Shown here: piece by piece, positions 31,394 through 40,924 of the stretch | Layout: each line of letters begins with the position of its first letter | Position numbering within the stretch: position 1 is the stretch's first letter | Virus record (IMG/VR): IMGVR_UViG_3300033120_000579 | Location: 38,863-102,862 of that record | Reading direction: 5' to 3' (one strand) | DNA from: a virus | Lineage: Duplodnaviria > Caudoviricetes | Length of the DNA: 64,000 nucleotides | Notes under the pieces: model-generated | What the model was told of the DNA's origin: nothing | Database searches by the model: none | The model's input: the letters and a program-made list of their open reading frames with translations, nothing else | Made by a program: the position numbers and the translations under genes

Positions 31394-31597
31394 TTATTTA
31401 ATTTGATGTTTGTAATAAGGATCATCTAATATTTTATTAATTTCAATAATCCCTTTTTCAGTTTTATCTAAACTTTGTTTAATTTGTAAAACCTTTTCTT
31501 CTTCTGTTAATTTAGATTCCTGATTATAACTTGTAATTATTAAAAATAAAGAAAAAACTAATATTAATGTTTGATGTTTAATTATAAAATTTTTCAT
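31394..31597 (-). CDS. Small membrane protein (lysis cassette)
   Basis: N-terminal hydrophobic segment plus short coil; next to the endolysin. Confidence 0.5.
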   Translation of the reverse strand: MKNFIIKHQTLILVFSLFLIITSYNQESKLTEEEKVLQIKQSLDKTEKGIIEINKILDDPYYKHQIK

Positions 31598-31965
31598 TGT
31601 CCTAATTTTTTACGAATTCTATTTAAATCTTGTTCTAATTTATCAGCTTTATTTTTTAATTCTTTATTATATGTATCTCTAATATTAGCAATTTCAGCTT
31701 TATATTCCAAATCTTTATTTTTTTCAGCTTCTCTTATTAATTTTAAACAATCTTTACTATCTGTTAAATTTAAAGCTTTTTGAACATCCAATTTATTATT
31801 AGTTTCAATTTCTCTATTTTCAGCATTAATCATTCTTGAATAACAAAAAAAACAAGCAGCAGCTAATATTATATTAAGTATTAATGACAGAACCCAAGAT
31901 CTATTTTTGGGTTCTGTATCAATAACTTTAACTAAAACTTCTTTAGCATCATTACTATCAATCAT
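31594..31965 (-). CDS. Single-TM coiled-coil protein (holin/spanin candidate)
   Basis: WVLSLILNIILAAACFFCY TM segment then a charged coiled coil; lysis cassette. Confidence 0.5.
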   Translation of the reverse strand: MIDSNDAKEVLVKVIDTEPKNRSWVLSLILNIILAAACFFCYSRMINAENREIETNNKLDVQKALNLTDSKDCLKLIREAEKNKDLEYKAEIANIRDTYNKELKNKADKLEQDLNRIRKKLGQ

Positions 31966-32004
31966 TTAAATTTTAATTTTAGTTAGTTTATATTTTTTAA
32001 TTAA

Positions 32005-34143
32005 TTAAGGTTTTAATGACCAGTCAAATTCAACCGTTCCTGTTAATCCTGCCAAATATACTACATCAAAAGTTGTTGTAGTCTTATTTGTTATATAAAA
32101 CAATGCAGCAGATAATAAGTTTGTTGGCGTTGCATTCACTTTGTAAGTGTTGTTTGGTTGTGTTGCTCCAATAGTTACAGTAAATACTGTAGTTGCTGTT
32201 CCAACTCCTGAAAAACTTCCTGCTACTCCTAAATCATGTACATAAGCAATTATTCCTGAAGCATCCTGAAAAGTTGCAGTTCTAGTTCCTGTAAATACAG
32301 AAACTGGTGCTTGCAATTTCATATTATTTGTTTCACCAAATTTTATATAGGTAGGAGTGATTTCAATATCTACATTTGCAAAAGCTGAACCTGTATCCAC
32401 TATTCTAATATTATCTGGTGATAAAAATAAATCATGGGTATAATCAGAATTTGCTATCTCTATAAAATCTGTTGACAAATCTACATTTGAAACTCCAGGA
32501 GTTATTAAACTAAATCCAATATTAGCAGTATTTCCATTTGTTAAAACTTCTTGTAAATCAACTGTACCAATTGAAGTTGTTACTAAATTATCTACATATA
32601 ACTTAGTAGCTAAATGTGCATCTATAGTAGGTGTTTGTCCTGATATTGGAACAGTAGCTGTAATCAAACTATTAGTAATACTGAATCTATTTGTTCCAGT
32701 ATTTGTTCCAACTGTAGGTGCTGTATAAAAGTTAATAGCTGTTGCTGCATTAATAATACCAGAACCTCCTCCAAAATTAATTGTATTTGCTGAGCCAGTT
32801 GTAGACCAATAAATTAAACCTAAAGGATTATTTGCATTAGCATAAGATGCTCCTACTACTCTACCGCTTTTATTAGTAACATCTGTAGCTACATCAGACA
32901 TTAATAATTGAGTACCTGATTTTATAATCTCTAAATCATAACCCTTTAATTGAGTTGTTTGTCCTCCTATAAACACTTCTGCTCCATCTGTTGCGATTGG
33001 AGAATCTACCAAACCAGTTGCATCACTAATGTGATATGGTATTTTCTGATTTGATAAATTATTAGCTCTTAAACTTGTAAAATTACCTGCCCTTGTTCCA
33101 GTTGTAATGTCAGAGATTAACGCACTTTCTTCATTCAGAGTACCTACTGCATGTTGTAATTTTCCAGCAAAATAATTATTTCCACCTGCTGAATAAATAG
33201 CATATCCTCCTGTGAAGTCATTTATTAAAAGACCATATTTATTTGTAATAGTTCCTGTATTTGTAAGTACAGGTGCTTGAATATTTATACCATACAAATT
33301 ACCTACTATTCCAGTACCATTATGTGTAAACTGAAAATTGTATCCAGTTGTATTATTCATATTAGCAGTTCCTGTAAATATTTGTCGTGATTGATACCCA
33401 GAATGATGCGTTACAAGTATGCTATTATTCATTACTGCATGAGCATCATAAGAACAATATCCAAAGATACCTTGGTCTGTCGAAATATTTAAATCTGTAG
33501 TATCATCAAAAGCATGGTGGTCTAATGTAGTTAAATCCCTATCAACAGTAACATTTTCTAAAAATGATTTTTTACCATCTATTATTTGATTTCCAAACAA
33601 TTTTACATTATTCCCATCCAAAGTGTCTACATAACTTTTCTGAGTATAATCTAAATCAGTTATATTTCCACTGTAGTCTTCTGCTCCAGTAAGTCCTCTA
33701 CCACCTTCTAATATTAAGGCTGAATTTACTTCAATCGCTTCATCATTTGTAGACAAAAGTAAAGATTCACTTGTTTGAAAAACACCGTTTCCTGCTTGGT
33801 CAATAGTTAATATTGAATCACCAGTTAATCCTACTGCGTGAAATCCAACAACTTCATCTTCAAAAAACATTCTACTATTAGTTCCTACTAAATCTCCTGT
33901 AAATACACTTATTGCATTTATACTAGTATCTATTTCCAAATCCCCAGTAATAGGGTTTGAAGATTCTGTTCCTGATAATGGAACAAATACTCCCGTTTCT
34001 GGATCTATATTATTATATTCTGTTTGAGTTAAATGAAAATATTCTCCTGATTGTCCACCTTGTAAACCATCTAATTCATTGTGAGGTATTTCTATAGGAC
34101 TTATTCCAGGTCCATTAGGTACAGTTATTACTACTTTTGCCAT
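32005..34143 (-). CDS. Tail fibre / receptor-binding protein (712 aa)
   Basis: HNELDGLQGG..GEYFHLT, LDYTQKSYVD, ATKLYVD and LQEVLTNGN fibre motifs; Gly/Thr/Asn-rich and mosaic. Confidence 0.7.
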   Translation of the reverse strand: MAKVVITVPNGPGISPIEIPHNELDGLQGGQSGEYFHLTQTEYNNIDPETGVFVPLSGTESSNPITGDLEIDTSINAISVFTGDLVGTNSRMFFEDEVVGFHAVGLTGDSILTIDQAGNGVFQTSESLLLSTNDEAIEVNSALILEGGRGLTGAEDYSGNITDLDYTQKSYVDTLDGNNVKLFGNQIIDGKKSFLENVTVDRDLTTLDHHAFDDTTDLNISTDQGIFGYCSYDAHAVMNNSILVTHHSGYQSRQIFTGTANMNNTTGYNFQFTHNGTGIVGNLYGINIQAPVLTNTGTITNKYGLLINDFTGGYAIYSAGGNNYFAGKLQHAVGTLNEESALISDITTGTRAGNFTSLRANNLSNQKIPYHISDATGLVDSPIATDGAEVFIGGQTTQLKGYDLEIIKSGTQLLMSDVATDVTNKSGRVVGASYANANNPLGLIYWSTTGSANTINFGGGSGIINAATAINFYTAPTVGTNTGTNRFSITNSLITATVPISGQTPTIDAHLATKLYVDNLVTTSIGTVDLQEVLTNGNTANIGFSLITPGVSNVDLSTDFIEIANSDYTHDLFLSPDNIRIVDTGSAFANVDIEITPTYIKFGETNNMKLQAPVSVFTGTRTATFQDASGIIAYVHDLGVAGSFSGVGTATTVFTVTIGATQPNNTYKVNATPTNLLSAALFYITNKTTTTFDVVYLAGLTGTVEFDWSLKP

Positions 34144-34160
34144 TAATTGTTTATTTGTTT

Positions 34161-34553
34161 TTAAATTGTTTCTATAATATATTCAACCAATACTTTACTT
34201 CCTGAATTTGCAGTAAAAGTAAAATCTTCTTGGTTTAATGTTGTAAACTCTAAATTAATAGAAGCTCCCGCTGGTAAAGTTATATTATTATAATAAATAG
34301 TACCTTGTCCAACAACTACGGATATTGCATGAAAAGTATTAGCAGGATAAGTTACTATAGTATTTACTAATGGTTCATATAAATCATTTTCAATAGTATT
34401 ATAATCTGGTCCTCCATTAGCACAAGTATTTACTGCAATTATTAAATCTGCTAATTTTCTTAAATCTTCATTTTTTATTTTATTACAATCTTGAAATGCA
34501 ATGATAAGTTCATTGTAAGTTTGATTGATTTCATTACATGGAATTATTGCCAT
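34161..34553 (-). CDS. Putative tail/fibre-associated structural protein
   Basis: Position in the fibre cluster; beta-rich C-terminus. Confidence 0.45.
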   Translation of the reverse strand: MAIIPCNEINQTYNELIIAFQDCNKIKNEDLRKLADLIIAVNTCANGGPDYNTIENDLYEPLVNTIVTYPANTFHAISVVVGQGTIYYNNITLPAGASINLEFTTLNQEDFTFTANSGSKVLVEYIIETI

Positions 34554-34572
34554 ATTAGTTTATTTTTATTAA

Positions 34573-35358
34573 TTATATTAATCCTGAGCTTATTATATTT
34601 CCACTAATATCTAATTCATACCAAGTAGTTCCATCATTTATAAATCTATTTGTTGCAGTCCAACCTAAATTTACAAAATAAGTAGCATCTCCTCTTAAAT
34701 CACAATAGAATTTTACTGGTGTTGTTCCTAAGTATAATTTTTTAGATATTGCTTTTCCAAGTGGTGTTTGATTATTTACTTTCTCAGCTTCTGGTAAAAA
34801 TCCATATACAAATACTTCACTTCCATCTGGAATTAAGCTTTCATCAAATGGACATATAAATTCATTTAATTCCCAAGCTGTTGTTGGAGATAATCCTGTT
34901 ATTACAAGTTTAATAGTTAATGGTTCAATTGTTGTTTTATTAAAATATAAAAAAGTATTACCATCTGTTGGTTCAGTAATATTATCAGCAATATCTGCTT
35001 GTATAACATCTATATTTCTAACTTCTCCTGTAGCAGTGAAATCTATACCATTAAATTCATAAACATCTAAATCATAATTTCCTAATAATGTACCACCATC
35101 AATATCTACTGGTGGACCTACAAATAAATTACCTCCTATGAATTTACTATCTGCTACTAAAACATCATCATAATATAATTGAAATCTATCTGGTATATTT
35201 TGTGAATCACCTCTTATCCCAGTAATTCCAATATCACTTCCAGGATTTAATAATATTTCATATATCCCTGAAAAACCTGAAGTACTTATTGTTCCACCAC
35301 AACCTATAGTTGGTAAACTATTTTCTAATCTAAATATATTCTTTTTAAATGTCCACAT
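34573..35358 (-). CDS. Putative structural protein (261 aa)
   Basis: Acidic and beta-rich, IPDRFQLYYD motif; fibre cluster. Confidence 0.45.
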   Translation of the reverse strand: MWTFKKNIFRLENSLPTIGCGGTISTSGFSGIYEILLNPGSDIGITGIRGDSQNIPDRFQLYYDDVLVADSKFIGGNLFVGPPVDIDGGTLLGNYDLDVYEFNGIDFTATGEVRNIDVIQADIADNITEPTDGNTFLYFNKTTIEPLTIKLVITGLSPTTAWELNEFICPFDESLIPDGSEVFVYGFLPEAEKVNNQTPLGKAISKKLYLGTTPVKFYCDLRGDATYFVNLGWTATNRFINDGTTWYELDISGNIISSGLI

Positions 35359-35359
35359 A

Positions 35360-36232
35360 TTAAATTATTAAATTACCAAGTAAATGATAGTCATTTGTTG
35401 AACCAATTTGTTCTATATAAGCATTATAATTTTCTCCTTTAATTTTTAAACCAATAGGTGTGAAAATAGTTCCAGTTCCTATATGTTCAAATTCAACTAT
35501 TCCAGTTCCTTGTTGTATAAATCCTACAGATATATTTTCTAATAAATCATCTTGGATAGATATTTTAAGATTTAAAACACCATTGTTTATTAATATAGTA
35601 TAATTATTATCTATATCTGACAATAAATAATTAGCTGTAATAGTTTTTTGTAAATTATTAGAAGCATCTACTCCTGGAATTCCTTGAGAACCTGTTGGAC
35701 CTATAGCTCCTTCTGGGCCTATTAATGATAATAACCAATCTGTTTCAGTTCCCACAAATCCTTCTGATACTGCAATTTCATATGCTGATAAACCATCTGC
35801 TCCATCTGCTCCGTTTGTTCCATTCGCACCTGTATTACCAGTTAATCCTATATTACCTTGAATACCTTGGATACCTTGTATTCCCTGAATACCTTGAGGC
35901 CCTTGTGGTCCTATAATACCAGATACTGTATATGGAAAGAAATTAAAGCTTCTATTTGAATAATCTATACCAAATGTTATAATACCATTAGGATAGGTAA
36001 AATCATTGACTACAAGTCCAGTATTCTCTTCTCCAGGCTGAACTTCCCTCCATTCCCATCTAGATTCTTCTTCTACACAATATATAATTATACCTTGTTC
36101 ATATAAATATGCTAAATTATCTCCTTCTCCAAGATTAGATAATGTTAATTCATTTAAACAGTATTCTTTTACATTTAAAGGTATTTGAGTTTGAACTCTC
36201 AACCCTCCAAATAAATTGGAAAAATCAGCCAT
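35360..36232 (-). CDS. Collagen-like tail fibre protein
   Basis: (Gly-X-Y)n GPQGPQGIQGIQGIQGIQG...GADGADG followed by LSAYEIAV..GFVGTETDWLLSL. Confidence 0.8.
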   Translation of the reverse strand: MADFSNLFGGLRVQTQIPLNVKEYCLNELTLSNLGEGDNLAYLYEQGIIIYCVEEESRWEWREVQPGEENTGLVVNDFTYPNGIITFGIDYSNRSFNFFPYTVSGIIGPQGPQGIQGIQGIQGIQGNIGLTGNTGANGTNGADGADGLSAYEIAVSEGFVGTETDWLLSLIGPEGAIGPTGSQGIPGVDASNNLQKTITANYLLSDIDNNYTILINNGVLNLKISIQDDLLENISVGFIQQGTGIVEFEHIGTGTIFTPIGLKIKGENYNAYIEQIGSTNDYHLLGNLII

Positions 36233-36786
36233 TAGTTATAAATTTTTATATTCATAAAAGTACCATTGTTTCCTTGTAATTGAGAATCAGCAACAGTACC
36301 TGTTAAATCATGTGTTTGAAATGTCCATCTTTTATAAAAACTAGAACCATCAGTTCCATTAGAACTTCCTGTAATTCTAACTACAGAATCTCCAAATAAT
36401 AATGCACATTTATTTGTGTCTACAAATCCACTTGTTTCATATTGAATTTGTACATAAAAAGTACCAACACCAGTTCTAGAAAAAACAATTTCTCTATAAT
36501 CAACTTCTCCTAAATTACCTTGTGTAATAGTATCTATTTGTGGAAATTGAGGAGAAATATTATCTGTTCCGTTTTGATATAATTGTGCAGAATATTCTAA
36601 TGGAGCTTGTGGTATATTTAATAATTCATCATCAATATATTCTATAGTTGTAGCTATTTCTTGATCAGTATAATCAATAGTAGTTTTCATATTTGAACCA
36701 ACATGAATTGGTTTTACAGATTTAGCAACAATTTTATTTGTAATATCTAAATCTATTTGTGTTTTTATTTCTGTATTTGTTGGCAT
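36232..36786 (-). CDS. Putative fibre/structural protein
   Basis: FSRTGVGTF motif; fibre cluster. Confidence 0.45.
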   Translation of the reverse strand: MPTNTEIKTQIDLDITNKIVAKSVKPIHVGSNMKTTIDYTDQEIATTIEYIDDELLNIPQAPLEYSAQLYQNGTDNISPQFPQIDTITQGNLGEVDYREIVFSRTGVGTFYVQIQYETSGFVDTNKCALLFGDSVVRITGSSNGTDGSSFYKRWTFQTHDLTGTVADSQLQGNNGTFMNIKIYN

Positions 36787-36789
36787 ATT

Positions 36790-37491
36790 TTAGTAAAATT
36801 CATCATCAAATGTTTCATCAAATGATCCTGGGTTAATAATTAAATCTCCTTTTATAATTTTTATAAAAGCATCTCCAAAAGTATAAATATTTTTTGATAC
36901 TATTAAAGTATATTTTAAATCATCTATAACTATAAAATCAAAAAATTCTGTAATATTATTACCTAAAATATCTTGAAGTTCATAATCTATTGTTTCTGAA
37001 TTTGTAATAATAAAACCAATTCTACCTATATTAGTATAAGAGATTGTTTTTCCTATTTCAAAATTTTCTAATGTATCAAATAATTTGTCAGCAAGATAAT
37101 CTTCGTCTACTAAAGGTAATATATCATTTATTGTAGTTACAGGATTTTCCTCTTGCCAATAATATATTTTACTCAATTCAACTGGTTCATTATCACAATC
37201 ATCACAATCAGATTGAACAAATGTTATTTTAGTATTTAAATGAAACACTTCTATATTTGTATTATAACAAATATTATCTGATTTAAAAGATATATTATTA
37301 TATATATTTATTAGTTGATTTCTTTCTTTATTTGTTATATCAGTATCACAATAATATAAAAGTTTATAAATAATATTTATATAATATATATCTAAAGGAT
37401 TTAATTCTCCATTAATTTTAGATTGTCTATAAATTTTATCTAATGAATTTATAATTGTTGCAATATGAGATTTTTCACATATATTTAACAT
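36790..37491 (-). CDS. Putative tail hub protein
   Basis: Cys-containing, C-terminal SFDETFDDEF; position before the fibre genes. Confidence 0.45.
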   Translation of the reverse strand: MLNICEKSHIATIINSLDKIYRQSKINGELNPLDIYYINIIYKLLYYCDTDITNKERNQLINIYNNISFKSDNICYNTNIEVFHLNTKITFVQSDCDDCDNEPVELSKIYYWQEENPVTTINDILPLVDEDYLADKLFDTLENFEIGKTISYTNIGRIGFIITNSETIDYELQDILGNNITEFFDFIVIDDLKYTLIVSKNIYTFGDAFIKIIKGDLIINPGSFDETFDDEFY

Positions 37492-37492
37492 A

Positions 37493-38068
37493 TTAATATT
37501 GTTTAAATTTACTACAACTAGAACAATTTATAGTTTTACAGTTTTTACAGTTTTTAATTGAACAAATCTTTTTTAATTTAGATAACATTTCAATTGCTTG
37601 AGAATAATATCCAATTTCAATTCCTTTTTCAATACTATCAATTAATAAATTAGCTGTAATAACAATATTGTTTTTGTAATTATTATTACAATCTGTACAA
37701 TTATTATTTTTATCTTCTAAAATATAATTCAACATACATTTATAATATGGTAGTAAATTATAAGTTATTCCTAAAGCAGGTTGTGTACAAGTACTACATT
37801 CATCTTCATCTATATAATTACTTGTAACTTCTATAAAATAAATATCTTCAAAATTCGAGATAGGTATTTCCGTTGCATTTACAATAAATATTTCTTTATT
37901 ATTTATTTGTTCTAATTTATAATTTAAACTGATTGCTAAAGATTCATCTTTAAAAGTTTCATTATTCCATAATAAAATAGAAGTAATCAACGAACCTACA
38001 TTTGTTTCAACATCTATTGCTAATTGACTACCATTATTAATAATTTGAAAATTATTTATTTTTATCAT
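37493..38068 (-). CDS. Cys-rich putative tail hub protein
   Basis: Several CxxC motifs (CSTC, CTDC, CKNC, CSSC); follows the auxiliary capsid gene. Confidence 0.5.
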   Translation of the reverse strand: MIKINNFQIINNGSQLAIDVETNVGSLITSILLWNNETFKDESLAISLNYKLEQINNKEIFIVNATEIPISNFEDIYFIEVTSNYIDEDECSTCTQPALGITYNLLPYYKCMLNYILEDKNNNCTDCNNNYKNNIVITANLLIDSIEKGIEIGYYSQAIEMLSKLKKICSIKNCKNCKTINCSSCSKFKQY

Positions 38069-38080
38069 GTTGTTTTAAAT

Positions 38081-38114
38081 AAAAAAAAGGAAGAAGCTTT
38101 CGCAACTTCCTTTT
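38081..38114 (-). terminator. Intrinsic terminator of the capsid operon
   Basis: AAAAGGAAGTTGC-GAAA-GCTTCTTCCTTTTTTTT on the minus strand. Confidence 0.85.
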
Positions 38115-38133
38115 AGGTTAATTTATATTTTAA

Positions 38134-39141
38134 TTATGCTACTGCTAAATCTGCAGGAATTGTTACATAATCTTCTGCGGCTGTTCTAATATCAGCAAGT
38201 ACTGAATTAGTAGCTGCATTATTTGCTAATGTATCTGATGCTTTTTCAACAATAATTGTGAGTACTTTATATTGTCTTTCAACAGATGTTTCAGTACGAG
38301 GTTCATAATAAATTACTTGAATTACATTATAAATTCCAGTTTTAGATGCATAATATGGAGTTCTATCTCCAAAATCTGCAGGCCATCCAGCTAATCTATC
38401 TGGATCATATTTATAACCTTTTACAAACCATTCATAATTTGTAGCCCATTTACCTGTACCATTACCTGGTTTAGGTGCTACGGTTTGAGTAGAAGTTAAT
38501 AGTTGTAAATTTCCACCAACACCATTTGTTGGTACATTTTCAAATACTTTTCCTACTACAGAAAAAGTAATTTTTCTACCATCAATTTTACCTAATACGT
38601 TAGCTTGAGCTTTTTCAGTAATTAGAATACCAGTTCCATCAGCTACTGCTGTAAACTCAGTATTTCCTCTACGAGCTAAATCTTTATTCAATGAAGCTAA
38701 TACTCCATTACGAACGGTAGTAGCTGTATCAGATCCAACAACTTCTCCAGTTACATAATAACCTTGAATTAATTCAAAATTTTCAGGAGATAGTTGATCT
38801 TGCATTCTAATTTCAACTTCATAAGTTCTTTTAGCTGCTAATGTACCTGCTGTTGCAAATCCATCTACTTTATACGCTCCAAGTACTTCTGCTTCATAAG
38901 CTTTAACTGTAACTCTTTCTACATATCTTGGATTTACTTTATCAGAGAATTCAAATCCTCCTGCAGCAGCTGCAGCTTTTTGCAATACATAAAAAGGTTT
39001 TCCAGCAGCTACATTACTACCATCTTTGGATAATACTTTTAATTCTTTGTCAGAGGCTGTTGCGATAAAAGTTGCAACTGTAGTTTCTGTTGCTACAGCA
39101 TTACCAACCATCAATTCGCCTACTTGTCTAGGTCCAAACAT
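38134..39141 (-). CDS. Auxiliary capsid / decoration protein (335 aa)
   Basis: QV..L.V N-terminus and G.G.GK....YEWF..G motif; Ala/Thr-rich; last gene before a strong terminator. Confidence 0.65.
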   Translation of the reverse strand: MFGPRQVGELMVGNAVATETTVATFIATASDKELKVLSKDGSNVAAGKPFYVLQKAAAAAGGFEFSDKVNPRYVERVTVKAYEAEVLGAYKVDGFATAGTLAAKRTYEVEIRMQDQLSPENFELIQGYYVTGEVVGSDTATTVRNGVLASLNKDLARRGNTEFTAVADGTGILITEKAQANVLGKIDGRKITFSVVGKVFENVPTNGVGGNLQLLTSTQTVAPKPGNGTGKWATNYEWFVKGYKYDPDRLAGWPADFGDRTPYYASKTGIYNVIQVIYYEPRTETSVERQYKVLTIIVEKASDTLANNAATNSVLADIRTAAEDYVTIPADLAVA

Positions 39142-39172
39142 TTTTGTTTATTTATTTAATTAATACTAATAT

Positions 39173-39919
39173 TTATTCATTTCTAGTGTCTAATTGTATC
39201 TTAGACTGTAATTTCTCACTTTTATAATCATTCATACATAACTCTACCGCTCTATCCACTATTTCATCATGTATTTGAGTATGTAACTCACATTCTGTTT
39301 CTTCAAATAAACCTTCTATAGTCAAATCATCATTTGGAAAAGTCGTATCTAAATTTGTAATTATAATAGGTTTTGGATATTTAATATATCTTAATCTATA
39401 TTCTAAATTTCCAGTTACATTATAAGGTGATACAATTTCAACAACTTGATTATTTGCAATACTTGCAGTATTTAATCTCCAAGCAATACTATCGTCTGGA
39501 GTTTTAAATGGATTTTTAATTTGAGTATCAAATTCATCATGAGTTGTAGGTTTTACTTTTATAATTATATCATTTAAACAATCATTAGATATAATTTTTA
39601 CATTTTCATTAATGCTTAAAAATACTTCATCTGGTATATTAAAAAATCTAGAATTGATATGTATCGCTGAAGGATTAGTGAAAGATATTGAAGTCTTATA
39701 ATCTTTAACAAGTTCTTTTAAATCAACTCTACGTTTTTCAGAACCTTCAAAACCTTTTCCTTTCCTATTACTATTAGGATCATAATAATCCTTTATAAGT
39801 TCTAATTGTCCTTTAGTGAGATAAAGACTTAGTTCGTAATCATCTATAGGTGGTGCAGACATACTTGCAATTGCATTATAACGAACATTAAATGCATTTT
39901 TCATTTCAAGATTTGTCAT
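39173..39919 (-). CDS. Head-tail ring protein
   Basis: F...YN.I.S...P..D.YE.S.YLT..Q, FEGSEKRR.DL..LV, RYIK.PKPII, H.EIVDRAVEL; conserved crAss capsid-block gene. Confidence 0.65.
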   Translation of the reverse strand: MTNLEMKNAFNVRYNAIASMSAPPIDDYELSLYLTKGQLELIKDYYDPNSNRKGKGFEGSEKRRVDLKELVKDYKTSISFTNPSAIHINSRFFNIPDEVFLSINENVKIISNDCLNDIIIKVKPTTHDEFDTQIKNPFKTPDDSIAWRLNTASIANNQVVEIVSPYNVTGNLEYRLRYIKYPKPIIITNLDTTFPNDDLTIEGLFEETECELHTQIHDEIVDRAVELCMNDYKSEKLQSKIQLDTRNE

Positions 39920-39925
39920 ATTTTA

Positions 39926-40786
39926 TTATTTACTTTTATTAATCTTAGTTTCTATAATTGTACGAACTTCTTGATTTAAAGGATTATCTAAATAATTAAT
40001 AGCATTATCAAATGTTGGAATTTCTCCACTATTACATAAATCTAAACCATCTGCAGTTTTATATTTATTACCAGTTTTAATAACTACTCCAGTTTCAACT
40101 CCTTTATTAAGTAACATTTTAGTATAAAAAGATTTGTCATTTACTACATTCACAAATTGTGATGGCATTAAATCAATAAATTCTTCAACTTTATGTTGTA
40201 ACCAATCAAGATTTGAATCTTTAGAAATAGGTTTATTAGTAAGTAATTTAAGAACTCCAAGTAACTTATCTTTATCATCTTCAATTTTACCATACATTTT
40301 GAAAGCTTCTTTTTTAGAATCGTATTTAGTTTTAGATTCAAGCATTTCTTCATTTTCACGACAAATTGCAAATTGGTAAGTTTGTTTAATATTTCTATCT
40401 TTCCAAGATAAAGCAATTTCATCTTTAGATAAACTTTCTAAAATTTTAATTGAGATATAATCCATAGGATTACTTAAATCAAATCTATTATTTGCATCTT
40501 CTTTAAATAAAGATACATAAAAAGTTTGCCAAAAATCTCCATATACTGAAAGATTTAAACCTGTAACTCTTTCAAGATAAGCTTTTTCATCTTCTGTTAA
40601 TACATTTTTAACTGAACCATTTCTTTGTAGTGGTGCTACAAATTTCTTTACAGATCCAATTAACATTCCTCCTGAAATAACATGTCCTGCGTCAACATTA
40701 GATGCCATTCCTTTTTTACGTCCTATAAATTTTACAGTAACGATTTCATTAGGTAAAGTAAATTTACCTTCAATTGTTTTTTCCAT
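39926..40786 (-). CDS. Conserved crAss-like capsid-block protein (286 aa)
   Basis: Directly downstream of the MCP; FW.....L..E...FDLSNPMDYI and YLDNP.NQEV motifs. Confidence 0.6.
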   Translation of the reverse strand: MEKTIEGKFTLPNEIVTVKFIGRKKGMASNVDAGHVISGGMLIGSVKKFVAPLQRNGSVKNVLTEDEKAYLERVTGLNLSVYGDFWQTFYVSLFKEDANNRFDLSNPMDYISIKILESLSKDEIALSWKDRNIKQTYQFAICRENEEMLESKTKYDSKKEAFKMYGKIEDDKDKLLGVLKLLTNKPISKDSNLDWLQHKVEEFIDLMPSQFVNVVNDKSFYTKMLLNKGVETGVVIKTGNKYKTADGLDLCNSGEIPTFDNAINYLDNPLNQEVRTIIETKINKSK

Positions 40787-40827
40787 TCTTCTTTAATTTT
40801 ATTTCTTCTTCCGAAAGATTTTATTAA

Positions 40828-40905
40828 AAATAGAAAGAGGGGAAATGACCCAGAGAATACTCACCTATGATCCAATCCCATACGTCCTAAACGTAATTTC
40901 TATTT
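40828..40905 (-). other. Structured intergenic element downstream of the MCP (attenuator/stabiliser candidate)
   Basis: AAATAGAAA/TTTCTATTT closing helix enclosing TACGT-TTAGG-ACGTA and GGGA...TCCC hairpins; GC-rich relative to surroundings. Confidence 0.5.
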
Positions 40906-40924
40906 AGTTTTATTTTATTTATTC

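Noticed and set aside
35800-35912. 9-bp periodic repeats
   Set aside because: Explained by collagen Gly-X-Y coding.
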